Shown here one piece after another: positions 40,923 through 51,242 of a stretch of DNA of 64,000 nucleotides; positions within the stretch are counted from its first letter, which is position 1; each line of letters opens with the position of its first letter. The position numbers and the translations under genes were made by a program. The stretch is from Longimicrobiales bacterium (GTDB lineage Bacteria; Gemmatimonadota; Gemmatimonadetes; Longimicrobiales; Gaopeijiaceae), in assembly GCA_965218295.1 (NCBI GenBank), contig CBDCKN010000012.1, forward strand, positions 128,001 to 192,000. The letters run 5' to 3'. A model generated the notes under the pieces. It was not told the origin of the DNA. It ran no database searches and was given only the letters and a program-made list of their open reading frames with translations.

Positions 40923-41171
40923 CCGGGGCCCTCCTCCTCCTCCACCACCGTCCCGTCGGGTTTCACACTCGCAGTATCGGACGGCAGCATGGGCGTAGCC
41001 GGTGACCGAGTCGCCGTACTGCATGGGCTGGACGTGACACCCTCGGAGGACCAGCTCCACTTTGCCCACCAGATGCCCGAGCATGGCCGAAGCGCAGGAG
41101 GCACCTTGCGCAACGCCCGCCCGCCCCCACCTTGAGCGGCGTCCACCCGGCGACGGCACCCAGGAGGCGGC

Positions 41172-41858
41172 ATGGCCGTAAAGTACTTCACCGACTCGAC
41201 ATTCACCTTCCTGAAGGACCTGAAGGCGAACAACAACCGGGAGTGGTTCCAGGAGAACAAGGACCGGTACGAGCAGCACCTGAAGGATCCGGCAATCCGG
41301 TTCATCATCGACTTCGGTGCCCACCTCAAGAAGATCAGCGAGCACTTCCGCTCCGATCCCCGCACCGTGGGCGGCTCCATGTTCCGGATCTACAGGGACA
41401 CGCGCTTCTCCAAGGACAAGAGCCCCTACAAGACCTATCTGGGGATCCAATTCCGACACGATCTCGGAAAGGACGCCCACGCTCCCGGCTTCTACCTCCA
41501 CATGGAGGTGGGCGGCTGCTTCGCCGGAGCGGGGATGTGGCGACCCGACTCTCCGAGCCTGAAGCAGATTCGGGAAGCTATGGTAGAGGACCCCAAGGCG
41601 TGGAAGCGGGCCGTGGGCGGCAAGCGCTTCACCGACACGTATGATCTCGAGGGCGACCGTCTCAAGCGCCCCCCCAAGGGCTTCGACCCAGAGCACGCTC
41701 TGGTCGAGGACCTGAAGCGGAAGGACTTCATCGGGGTCGCCAAGATCCCGAAGAAGACGATCACTAGCCCGGACCTGCCAAAGGACCTCGCCAGGGTGTT
41801 CGGGGCAGGCACACCGCTCATGAAGTTCCTCTGTGACGCGGTGTCTGCGCCGTTCTGA
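41172..41858 (+). CDS. DUF2461 domain protein
   Basis: NNNREWF and FRIYRDTRFSKDKSPYK motifs. Confidence 0.92.
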   Translation: MAVKYFTDSTFTFLKDLKANNNREWFQENKDRYEQHLKDPAIRFIIDFGAHLKKISEHFRSDPRTVGGSMFRIYRDTRFSKDKSPYKTYLGIQFRHDLGKDAHAPGFYLHMEVGGCFAGAGMWRPDSPSLKQIREAMVEDPKAWKRAVGGKRFTDTYDLEGDRLKRPPKGFDPEHALVEDLKRKDFIGVAKIPKKTITSPDLPKDLARVFGAGTPLMKFLCDAVSAPF

Positions 41859-41886
41859 TTTTGATGATGCGTAAGGAGCTTCCCGT

Positions 41887-43275
41887 ATGAAGACTGACAC
41901 CGCCGTCCTGCTAGGCGCCCTCGTCGTGAGCGGCTCGATGCTGGCCGCCTCGCGCACCCCCGTGGCACCCGACCCCTCCTCAATCCTCGCGGCGGCGCAG
42001 AGCGCTCCGGAGGCCGTCGCTTTCACCAACGTCAACGTCGTTCCCATGGACTCCGAGCGGGTCCTCACGGATCAAACCGTTCTCGTGGAGCAAGGCAGGA
42101 TCCGCCGCTTGGGATCGGCGGCTGAAGCCCGGGTTCCGGCAGGCGTCACGACGGTAGACGGATCGGGCAAGTATCTCATGCCCGGCCTGGCGGAGATGCA
42201 CGGCCACATGCCCGGTGGAGACGTGGAGGAGATGGTGATGTTCCTGTACGTGGCCAACGGAGTGACAACCGTTCGGGGCATGCTCGGTCTCGACGGCCAC
42301 CTGGAGCTACGTCGCAAGGCGAACGCCGGTGAGATCGTGGCACCGACCCTCTACCTCGCCGGGCCCAGCTTCAACGGCAACTCGGTCTCCTCGCCCAAAC
42401 AGGCCGTCCAGAAGGTCCGAACCCAAAAGGAGCAGGGTTGGGATCTCCTCAAGATCCACCCTGGACTCACCGTGCCCGAGTACGACGCCATGGCCATGAC
42501 CGCCCATGAGGTGGGCATCCGGTTTGGCGGTCACGTGCCGGCCGACGTGGGACTCGAGCACGCCATTTATATGGGCCAGGAGACCTTCGACCACCTGGAC
42601 GGCTTCATCGAGTATCTGAACGCCTTCGACGAGCCCATCGACCGAGGCAGGCTCGACGAGCTGGTCACCATGGTGAAGGACGCAAGCGCTTGGGTCGTGC
42701 CCACCATGGTGCTCTGGGACGTGGTCGTCATAGGCCGCGGAAACGCCCAGGTCATGGCCAACTATCCGGAGATGCGGTATTGGCCGAAGCGGAACATCCC
42801 GCGGGTCGTGGAGGGTGTGGAAGGCTGGATCGGCAGACACGCGAGACGCGCGCAACGAGCCCAGGCGAATCCCGATGCGGCCGACCTGTGGGCCGGCAAC
42901 CGGCTGGAGGTGCTCAAGGCCCTGTCAGACGGCGGGGTGGGCATTCTGATGGGGACCGACTCTCCGCAGCTCTTCTCCGTCCCCGGCTTTTCCCTGCATC
43001 GGGAGATGCAGGCCATGGCCGAGGCCGGCATGTCACCCTACGAGATCCTGGTCACTGGCACACGGGCCGTGGGTGAGTACTTCCGGAGGAGCGACACCTT
43101 CGGCACGGTGGCGGTGGGACGGCGTGCCGACTTGATCCTCCTGAACTCCAATCCGTTGGACGACGTCGGCAACGTGGCCGACCGGGCCGGAGTCATGGTC
43201 CGAGGTCGCTGGTACTCTGACAGCTACATCCAGGAGCGCCTGGACGAGATCGCTCGGCGGTTCGCGACAGACTGA
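41887..43275 (+). CDS. Secreted amidohydrolase family protein
   Basis: MPGLAEMHGH, GVTTVR, GTDSP, GRRADLILL motifs. Confidence 0.9.
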   Translation: MKTDTAVLLGALVVSGSMLAASRTPVAPDPSSILAAAQSAPEAVAFTNVNVVPMDSERVLTDQTVLVEQGRIRRLGSAAEARVPAGVTTVDGSGKYLMPGLAEMHGHMPGGDVEEMVMFLYVANGVTTVRGMLGLDGHLELRRKANAGEIVAPTLYLAGPSFNGNSVSSPKQAVQKVRTQKEQGWDLLKIHPGLTVPEYDAMAMTAHEVGIRFGGHVPADVGLEHAIYMGQETFDHLDGFIEYLNAFDEPIDRGRLDELVTMVKDASAWVVPTMVLWDVVVIGRGNAQVMANYPEMRYWPKRNIPRVVEGVEGWIGRHARRAQRAQANPDAADLWAGNRLEVLKALSDGGVGILMGTDSPQLFSVPGFSLHREMQAMAEAGMSPYEILVTGTRAVGEYFRRSDTFGTVAVGRRADLILLNSNPLDDVGNVADRAGVMVRGRWYSDSYIQERLDEIARRFATD

Positions 43276-43317
43276 CGGCCGGCCGGGGCCGTCGTCGAGC
43301 CCGCGTCAGGTCGGCGC

Positions 43318-44370
43318 TCACTCCCCATCGATCCGCAACTGCTCGAGTCCGGCGCTGACCAGCCGCCACTGAAGGCGCATCTGATCGAGGGTGGGCATGG
43401 GGATCAGGCCGCTGGCCCGGATCTCGGCGGAGATCGCCTCGCGCTCCTCGTCGGAGACTGCCTCGCGCTGCTCGTCGGACGTCGATCTCGAGCCGCCCAG
43501 GGCTAGCTGCCAACCCGCACGGCGCTCCTTCCAGCGCTCTCCCACCGGATCGGGCGGACCCAGGGTCTCTCCCACCCCCGGCGTGATGAAGAGGGGCATC
43601 TCGCTCACGAGCGTCACAGGATCGCCACCGAGAGAGCAGACGGCCTCCATGGAGCTCGGCTGGAAGCGGGCGGCCGTCTCCTCGTCGCCGAGCGCCAGGA
43701 AGTGGTCCCGCATTGCCGTCGAGCTCGGCCGGGTGCAGAATCCGCGCTCGATGCGGTGGAAACCCTTCTCACCCTTCCTCTCCACGTCGTGCAGGACATA
43801 GCCGAGGCGGTGGGTCTCCTCGGCGCAGCACCGCTTCACGTGCTCCACTCTGTCCAACCACGCCGGCTCCAGCAGGAACCAGGGGCCACCGGCCAACGCG
43901 ATGCCGTGTAGGGTAGCGTGGAGATGGAACGGCGCATCGGCGCTCCCCCACCATTCGTGCACGGCTCGGCTCTCGGGCCGGACGTCGGCATCCCCCGAGG
44001 ACCGGGGGAAGCCGAACTCCAGGTCGTCGCCAGGAAGCTCGCGAACCACGTGAGAGAGGTAGCGGACCGGGTCGTATGCGTCCGACGGCGCTACCGGGCC
44101 GTCGTCACGTTGCCACCCCTTGTTCCGCTCCCGGCCGTCCGGGTTGATGTGGGGCACGATCCACCACTCGTAACCGGTGAGCAATGGATGGCCGGTCTCG
44201 AGTGATCCAAGGAACGCAGCCAACCTGGCCAAGAAACGGGGCCCGACGGGCTCATCGGCATGGCATCCGCCGATGAGGCTGACCCGAACCGGCCCGGAGC
44301 CCAGACGGAAGCCCTGGACGGGCCGACCCTCCCGAGAGGTCCCCAGACGTAGCCCGGCCTCCCGGTCCAC
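43318..44370 (-). CDS. M14 zinc carboxypeptidase family protein
   Basis: HADE zinc motif, VPHINPDG, ATLHG. Start uncertain. Confidence 0.75.
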   Translation of the reverse strand: MDREAGLRLGTSREGRPVQGFRLGSGPVRVSLIGGCHADEPVGPRFLARLAAFLGSLETGHPLLTGYEWWIVPHINPDGRERNKGWQRDDGPVAPSDAYDPVRYLSHVVRELPGDDLEFGFPRSSGDADVRPESRAVHEWWGSADAPFHLHATLHGIALAGGPWFLLEPAWLDRVEHVKRCCAEETHRLGYVLHDVERKGEKGFHRIERGFCTRPSSTAMRDHFLALGDEETAARFQPSSMEAVCSLGGDPVTLVSEMPLFITPGVGETLGPPDPVGERWKERRAGWQLALGGSRSTSDEQREAVSDEEREAISAEIRASGLIPMPTLDQMRLQWRLVSAGLEQLRIDGE

Positions 44371-44448
44371 CGGCTGATGGGCGATGATGGCGTCCGCTAG
44401 TGCGTACAGATTCCCTCCGGGCTCCGGTTGGACTCTCCAGGCCCCTCC

Positions 44449-45646
44449 TCAGAAGTGCCGCGACACGGTCACGGACAGGTAGCCGTCGCGGCGGAAGCCG
44501 TAAAGGAGGTCCGTCTCGCCGACGCCGATGAACGACCGCGCCTCGAGGTCCAGCGTCCAGCTCTCCCCCACACGCCGCCTGCCCTCCAACGAGAACAGCG
44601 TGGCACCTGTGTCCCGGTCTACGATGGCTCCCGCCAGGAGCTGCGTGTCCTGGACGTCGTTCAGGGCGAACCGCATTCCTACGAAGACATCGTCCTCGAA
44701 GGGAGTGCGTGCCTGATCGCCGCGGTCGTCCAAGAGGATCTCTCCGACGATGCCCAGATCCGTATCCGATTCGAGCACCTGGGGAATCGTGTACTCGAAG
44801 CCCCCGGTCATGGCGTAGTACCGACCGTCCGGCCCCCCCCGACCGGGTGATCCCCTCGAACTTCAGGAGCCAGCCGCCCGACGTGTACTGGGCGTCGAGG
44901 CTGGTCTGGTCGACGATGTCGTAGTGGGGGATCAGCACTGGCCGGGCCCCTACCCCCTCGCCCACCTCGAGGCGGGGCTCCCGGGCCGTGCCCTGGAAAT
45001 GGGCTACGCCCAGGTCGAAACCGCCGATGGCGTGGCTCCACCGGGCCGCCCAATCCAGGCGACTCCGGCCCGCCGCCGACTCGTACACGGCGTCCTCGGT
45101 GGCGACCGTCAGCGGAAAGCGCAGCCGGCCGGCTTCGCCCGGGAAGGTTCTCTCCCTGAAGCCGGTCAGCAGGAACAGCTCCAGCGTCCCCCAGTCGCGC
45201 ACAGCGGCCAGGCTCACCATGGGCTGGCCCAATTTGTCCTCTCCGTCCAGGTTCTCCACCAGGTCGGTCTGGTTGATGATGTCCACCAGGTGCTGGGACT
45301 CCGTCACGCCCCAGAACTCGCGGCGCAGCCCGGCTCTCAGCTCCCAGCGGTCCCAGACCTTCTCCCACGAGAAGACGCGGAAGTCGACGTGGGTCCGCTC
45401 GGAGTCGGCGGTGTCCAGGCGGAGGAACGGCTCCACGGTGAGGCTCTGACTGCCTCCGTCCCAGCTCCAGTAGAGCTCTCCTTGAAGGAGCAGCGAGGCG
45501 TCGTGCCGTGCCTGTTCGTCCAGGAGCGGACCCTGCAGGAAGCCCCGGGTCTCGAACCCGATCTCGCCCGTGACTTCGGGGCGGAGCTGGCCGGCGGCTG
45601 CCGCGGCCACGACCAGCACCAAGAGCACCAGGGCCACCACCATCAT
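44449..45646 (-). pseudogene. Outer-membrane beta-barrel protein frameshifted in a G8 tract
   Basis: FWGVTESQHLVDIINQ family; C8 at 44833-44840. Removing one base joins the upstream frame to YYAMTGGFEY...VSRHF. Confidence 0.75.
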
Positions 45647-45709
45647 GAGGGCTCTCCCGACCGTTCTCGGATCCCAGAGGCCGGCACATCCAGCGAATCG
45701 TGCTCATGA

Positions 45710-46594
45710 TCACCTCGCCCGCTTCAAGCTGTTCTTGTCGAAGTTACGGTCCGTGAGTCCGTGGCGGAACGAATAGTCGTCCCAGAGCAGCGTCGTGCTC
45801 TTGCCTGTCTGGTGGTTCACCATCTCCTGGCGTTGTGCCCGCCAGAACTGACCCAGGTACTGCACGTACTCGTGGAACGTGAGCGTCTTGAGCAGGGTCT
45901 CCTTGCGATCGTAGAACTCGATCTTGATGGGGCGGTACTCGGCCTGGTCGTACCAGACGACCTGGCGGCTGTAACCCGAGCGGGAATCCACCGGATCTCG
46001 CTCCACCACGAACGTGGATTGACCATCCAGGACCTCGTCGCGCAGGTAGCGGTAGGTGTACTTCTCCACCTCCTGGGACGAGATGTCCTCGTAGGCGAAC
46101 TCGCTGCCCATGAACGGACCGGCCTTGTTGTTGGAGGCGATCCGCTTCACCCGCTTCAGCGCAGGCAGATAGAGCCACTGGTCGTCTGACCCTTCCTTGT
46201 GCGTGTGACTGAGGAATGCCGTCCCCTTCACGTCTCTGGGTTGGTTGAAGACGATTACGGCCTTGTCGCCGTCTCCTTCCACCTCCAGGACCTGGGTCCG
46301 CATCTCTCTCGTGCTCTGATCCCCGCGCCGGTTGCGGAGGATCATCTTCAGGCTCACCTGCGAGTCGGAGAACCCGGTGTCCCGGCGATCCGCCTCGACG
46401 GCGATCTCCAGCCCTCGCTCGGCAACACTCGACGCTGAGCTCGTGCTCGCAGTCGCGGCGGAGGCCACCGTACTCCGGCCGGTGGCCGGAGCGTCGGCGT
46501 TCCGTGCTTGTCCCAGAGCCGGGCCGACCGCTACCACCGTCAGGGTGGCGGTGATCAGCACGGCCGTGCTCAAGCTCTTCATGTATCCAGACAT
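45710..46594 (-). CDS. Outer membrane lipoprotein-sorting (LolA-like) protein
   Basis: PRDVKGTAFL, DDQWLYLPALKRVKRI, FMGSEFAYED motifs. Confidence 0.88.
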   Translation of the reverse strand: MSGYMKSLSTAVLITATLTVVAVGPALGQARNADAPATGRSTVASAATASTSSASSVAERGLEIAVEADRRDTGFSDSQVSLKMILRNRRGDQSTREMRTQVLEVEGDGDKAVIVFNQPRDVKGTAFLSHTHKEGSDDQWLYLPALKRVKRIASNNKAGPFMGSEFAYEDISSQEVEKYTYRYLRDEVLDGQSTFVVERDPVDSRSGYSRQVVWYDQAEYRPIKIEFYDRKETLLKTLTFHEYVQYLGQFWRAQRQEMVNHQTGKSTTLLWDDYSFRHGLTDRNFDKNSLKRAR

Positions 46595-46610
46595 TTTCTA
46601 TCTCCTCGAG

Positions 46611-47684
46611 GAGGTTGGGTCAATAGGTGTGTAAACGTATTAGGCGGCGTTCTTCCGCTGTTGGTGTGAGACGGGCTTTCCGTCTTCGAACTTTCTTCCT
46701 TCAAATACGTCCTTGAGGAGGTGAGGAGCGTCGAGCCTTCGGAACCGCTTCTCAGCCACCAAGAGCAACTTCCAGATTAGCGCCGTAGCGCTCTCGACCC
46801 GCTTGAACCGCTTCGCTGCTGTCGTCCTGAGCCGTACCGCGGCGAACGGGCTCTCGACCACGTTCGTCGTGCGTAGATGCTTCCAGTGGTCCTCGGGGAA
46901 GTCGTAGAACGCTACCATCCGCTCCCAGTCGTCCTCGAGTACGTCCACTGCTTTCGGATACCACGGCCTATAGCGTCGGGCGAACACCTCGCGGGCCTTC
47001 AGGGCCTCGGCCCGGCTCGGTGCGTAGACCACGGCCCGGAGAAGATCCTTCGCCTCGCCCTGCTCCCGCTGAGGTAGTCGGTCCAGCACGTTCCTCATCT
47101 TGTGGTTCCAGCACCGTTGCTCACCCGCCTCAGGCCATACCTGCCGTACTGCGCCCCAGATCGCAGCGTTACCGTCCGCCATCAGAAGCCGGGGCGCCTC
47201 GATGCCGCGTGCCTTCAGGTCCCGCAACACCTCGGACCAGGACTCGACCGACTCTCGGTAGCCCGCTCTCAGGGCCAACACCTCTTTCGTCCCGTCTCGC
47301 ATGGCACCCAGCACCACCAGCAGCGCCGCTTTGTCCCGCTCCAGCCCTGCCTTCACATAGATCCCGTCCGCCCACACGTAGACGACCTCACGACCCTCCA
47401 GGCGACGCTGGCTCCATTCCTCGAACTCCGCCGTCCATCCCGCCCGCAGCCGCCGAATCGAAGACTTCGACAGCGGTGCCCCCTCGCCCAGCAGGCCCCG
47501 CATCGCCAACTCGAAGTCTCCCTCCGCCAGTCCGTGCAGATACAGCTCCGGAAGCAGAGCGCCCAGCTCCTTCGTCCGCCTCGCGAACAACGGCAGCACG
47601 CGGCTCTCGAACCGCTCCTCAAGGCCTCGAACTCGAGGGCGTCGGAGTGTGATCGTGCCCAAGCTCATCGCCAGCCGCCTCGGC
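46611..47684 (-). mobile_element. 5'-truncated copy of the same IS256 element
   Basis: Near-identical to 17011-18084 (three substitutions seen near the break); right IR at 46611; left ~304 bp missing. Confidence 0.92.
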
Positions 47685-47931
47685 AGAGTACAGATGGTGT
47701 GAATCTCGGCAAGAATCCTGATGGATCTGATAAGTTACTATCGTACAATGATATACATATGCTATCTCTTTGGTTGTCCCCTTTTCATACCCATTTTTAG
47801 GAACTGGATTCCAAACGACCCTAGCGGACCCTGGCGGAGTAACTGTTCGGCCAAGCCGTGGGGAGCGTCGTGTTGTCGGATCGTGTGGTGGGGTCTGGTA
47901 ACGTGATCCGGAATGTAGTATCGTCGAGGGC

Positions 47932-50202
47932 ATGGCGATGCGGGACGGCAACGGACATGCGAACGTGGCGCTGGCCGAGGGGCTGGAGGAGCTTTGGCCG
48001 GTGCCCGGTTCCGTGGAGTCGGAGCTTGGGGACTGGCGGTCGCTGTACGAGCGGGAGCGCGAGCGAGCGGAGGCGGCGGTGGCCCGCGCGGAGGAGTTGC
48101 GGTGGGCGGAGGTGCGGGCGCGCTGCGAAGCGGGATCGTGGAAGTGGCGGTGGGAGGCGTCGCGCCGGAAGCTGAGGGCGGTGATCGCGGAGACGCGGGA
48201 GGCCCGCCGCGCGGCGTGGGACGCCCTGGCGTTGCAGCGCGAGGTGGGGCGTCTGCACGGGCTGCTGCGGGAGGCCGGGGTGGACGCGGGGAAGCGCGGC
48301 ACGGAGATGGCGCTTCGGATGGAGGTGGCACGGCTTCGCGAGGAGGGTTGGGCGCTGGAGAAGGCGCTCGATGCCCGCGCGGCCGAGGTGCAGAACCTTC
48401 ACAAGGCCCGCATCGAAGCGGACGCGGACATCCTGGCGCTGCGGCGGCAGTTGCGCGAGATGCTCGAGATCCACGGCGAACTGTCGAAGCTGGGGGACCA
48501 GCGGGACCGGGTCGAGTCGCTGTCGGAGGAGGTCGGGGCGCTTCGCTGGGCGCTGAAGGTCTCGGAGGCGTCGAAGGGCCGCCTGACGGCGCGGCTGCGG
48601 CGTGCGGTCGAGGCGGGGCGGGCGCGGTCGCCGTCGGCCGCCGACGCGGAGTTGCGCAAGGCCTTGCGCAGATCGCGGCGCCAGAGGGCGACGATCGGCT
48701 CGCTGACGCGGGAGAAGACCCGGCTCGGCAGGAGGATGCGGGCGTCGCGGCGGCGGATCGAGCGCCTCGAGGGCCAACTGGCGAAGCTTCGCGCGTCGCG
48801 CACGGTGCTGCCGAAGGGGCAGTCCGGCGGCGCGTGCGAGAGGCAGGAGCGACCGCGTTCGGGGCGGCGGCGGGGCCAGCAGCCCGGCACGCCGGTCCAC
48901 GGCCGCACCCCGCGCCCGGGGCTTGAGGAACGCACCGAGGAGCACAACCCGCCCGCCGATGCGCGGGTGTGCCGGGGTTGCGGGAGCCCGTACGCGGCCA
49001 ACGGCGCCGAGGAGTCGGCCCTCGTCGAGATCGAGGTCCGGGCGCACCGGCGGGTGATCCGCCGCCCGCGCTGGCGGCGGACGTGCGGGTGCGCGTCGTC
49101 GCCCGCCGAAGTGACGGCGCCCCCCGTGCCTCGGCTGTTCGCCCGCACGCCGTACGGGACGAGCGTCTGGTCGCGCTTCCTGTTCGAGCGCTACGCGTGC
49201 CTGCGCCCGCTGCACCGGGTCTGCGGGTGGCTGTCCGACCAGGGTCTGCCGGTCTCGCCGGGCACGCTGGCGGACAGCGTGCACCGCTTGGCGCCGTTGT
49301 TCGAGCCGGTGGGCGCGGCGATCCTCGCGCACCAGAACGGCTCGGCGCTGCGCCATGCCGACGAGACCAGCTGGCGGGTGCGGGCGCTGCGCGACAGCGA
49401 CGGATCGGGGTACGCGTGGCTGTGGATCTCGGTCGGCCGCGGCGCGGCCTACTTCCATGTGGATCCGTCACGCAGCGCCGAGGCGGCCCGGAAGCTGTTC
49501 GACGGGGCGCTGTGCCCGACGGTCCTCGTCTGCGACCGCTACAGCGGCTACAAGAAGCTGGCGCGTCTCCTCGGGGGCAGGGTCACGCTGTCGTTCTGCT
49601 GGGCGCACATGCGCAGGGACTTCATCCGGTGCGCGGCCGGGCACGTCCATCTGACCGGCTGGTGCCGGGAGTGGCTCGGGCGGATCGCCACGGTCTACCG
49701 CCTGCACAAGGCGCGGCTGGAGCTCCACGACCCCGGCCTCGAGCGCCAGAGCCCGGCGTTCGACGCGGCGCACGACGCGCTGAGCGAGGCGCTCGGCGGC
49801 ATGTTCGCGGCCTCCGAACGCCAACTCGCCCGCCTGTCGCCAAAGGCGAGGGAGGGAGGGCCGCTGCGCTCGCTCCTCAACCACCGCGAGGGGCTGAGCG
49901 TCTTCCTCGACCGGCCCCGCGTGCCGCTCGACAACAACCTCGCCGAGCGGCTGCTGCGCGGCCCGGCCATCGGGCGGCGCCTGTCGTTCGGCTCCGACAG
50001 CGAGTCCGGCGCCCGGTTCACCGCGCTCATGTACTCGGTGACCGGCACCCTGAGGCTGAACGGCCTCGACGTGCCGCGCTGGCTCGCCGACTGGTTGGCG
50101 GCGTGCGCGCGCGGCGGCGGTCGCCCGCCGGGCGACCTGTCGCCCTGGCTGCCGTGGTCGATGGACGCCGGACGCAGGCGCGAAATGACGGCGTCCGCAT
50201 GA
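47932..50202 (+). CDS. IS66-family transposase (TnpC-like) with long N-terminal coiled coil
   Basis: CRGC..CGC zinc finger, HADET, VCDRYSGY, CWAHMRR, DNNLAER. Confidence 0.92.
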   Translation: MAMRDGNGHANVALAEGLEELWPVPGSVESELGDWRSLYERERERAEAAVARAEELRWAEVRARCEAGSWKWRWEASRRKLRAVIAETREARRAAWDALALQREVGRLHGLLREAGVDAGKRGTEMALRMEVARLREEGWALEKALDARAAEVQNLHKARIEADADILALRRQLREMLEIHGELSKLGDQRDRVESLSEEVGALRWALKVSEASKGRLTARLRRAVEAGRARSPSAADAELRKALRRSRRQRATIGSLTREKTRLGRRMRASRRRIERLEGQLAKLRASRTVLPKGQSGGACERQERPRSGRRRGQQPGTPVHGRTPRPGLEERTEEHNPPADARVCRGCGSPYAANGAEESALVEIEVRAHRRVIRRPRWRRTCGCASSPAEVTAPPVPRLFARTPYGTSVWSRFLFERYACLRPLHRVCGWLSDQGLPVSPGTLADSVHRLAPLFEPVGAAILAHQNGSALRHADETSWRVRALRDSDGSGYAWLWISVGRGAAYFHVDPSRSAEAARKLFDGALCPTVLVCDRYSGYKKLARLLGGRVTLSFCWAHMRRDFIRCAAGHVHLTGWCREWLGRIATVYRLHKARLELHDPGLERQSPAFDAAHDALSEALGGMFAASERQLARLSPKAREGGPLRSLLNHREGLSVFLDRPRVPLDNNLAERLLRGPAIGRRLSFGSDSESGARFTALMYSVTGTLRLNGLDVPRWLADWLAACARGGGRPPGDLSPWLPWSMDAGRRREMTASA

Positions 50203-51080
50203 GCGAGCGCATCGAATGCCGCTACCACGGGCGCGACTTCACCGCCGCGGAAATGGCGCTGCTGCGCCGACTGATCGCCGGACCGCCCGCGCTCAACCGC
50301 CACGCCCTGTCGAAGGAGTTCTGCCGGCGCATCGGCTGGTTCAAGCCCGACGGCGGGCTCAAGGACATGATGGCGCGCGTCACCATGCTCGCCATGCACA
50401 GCGACGGCCTCATCGTCCTGCCGCCCCCGAAGTGGAGGCAGAAACGACCCGGCCCCATCGTCTTCGGACAGGACACCGAACCGCCCCTCTTCCCCCCGCC
50501 CACGATCCTCGACGAGGTCCGCCCCCTCGAACTCCGCACCGTCGTCGGCGGCACCCGACAGGGCAGGCTGTGGAACGAGTTCGTCGCGCGCCACCACTAT
50601 CTCGGCTACAAGACCCTCGTCGGCGCCCAGATGCGCTACGCCGTCCACGACCGCAACGGCTGGCCGCTCGCCATACTCGGCTTCAGCACCGCCGCCTGGT
50701 CCCTCGCTCCACGCGACCGCTTCATCGGATGGACCCCGACCCTGCGAAAGAAGAACCTGCCGCTCGTCATCGACAACCCCAGGTTCCTCATCCTGCCCTG
50801 GATCCGCATCCCCAACCTCGGATCCCACATCCTCGCCCTCGTCCGCCGCCGCCTGCCCCGCGACTGGACCCGCCGCTACAACACCACCCCCGTCCTCATC
50901 GAGACCTTCGTCGAGGTCCCCCGCTTCACCGGCGGCGTCTACAGGGCCTCCGGTTGGATCCGCGTCGGTACCACACGGGGACGAGGGCGCTACGACACCG
51001 CCAAGCAGTACGGCAAGCCCACCAAGGATGTCTGGCTCCGCCCGCTCGCCAAGCACTGGAAGCGCATCCTCAACCGCTGA
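50199..51080 (+). CDS. DUF4338 (DruA-like) protein
   Basis: ATGA overlap with the transposase; HHYLG, RDRFIGW, RFLILPW..PNLGS, ETFV, GVYRASGW. Confidence 0.85.
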   Translation: MSERIECRYHGRDFTAAEMALLRRLIAGPPALNRHALSKEFCRRIGWFKPDGGLKDMMARVTMLAMHSDGLIVLPPPKWRQKRPGPIVFGQDTEPPLFPPPTILDEVRPLELRTVVGGTRQGRLWNEFVARHHYLGYKTLVGAQMRYAVHDRNGWPLAILGFSTAAWSLAPRDRFIGWTPTLRKKNLPLVIDNPRFLILPWIRIPNLGSHILALVRRRLPRDWTRRYNTTPVLIETFVEVPRFTGGVYRASGWIRVGTTRGRGRYDTAKQYGKPTKDVWLRPLAKHWKRILNR

Positions 51081-51242
51081 GCACCCCCACACACACGATC
51101 CGACAACACGACGCTCCCCACGGCTTGGCCGAACAGTTACCTGGCGGAGGTAACTGTTCGGCCAAGCCGTGGGGAGCGTCGTGTTGTCGGATCGTGTGGT
51201 GGGGTCTGGTAACGTGATCCGGAATGTAGTATCGTCGAGGGC

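Larger units (their letters stand above)
47839..51140 (+). mobile_element. IS66-family element with DUF4338 passenger, copy 1 (3302 bp)
   Basis: 49-bp perfect IRs beginning GTAAC; CTGGCGGA at 47831-47838 and 51141-51148. Confidence 0.93.

Noticed and set aside
40919..41110. Possible small gene remnant ending VKPDGTVVEEEE
   Set aside because: Too short and ambiguous to assign.
16707..47684. Composite transposon bounded by the two inverted IS256 copies
   Set aside because: The first copy has its own TSD pair, indicating an independent insertion, and the second is truncated.
48969..51080. 703-aa ORF as a programmed-frameshift fusion
   Set aside because: The N-terminal part is low-complexity off-frame sequence over the transposase; a clean ATGA-coupled start exists at 50199.
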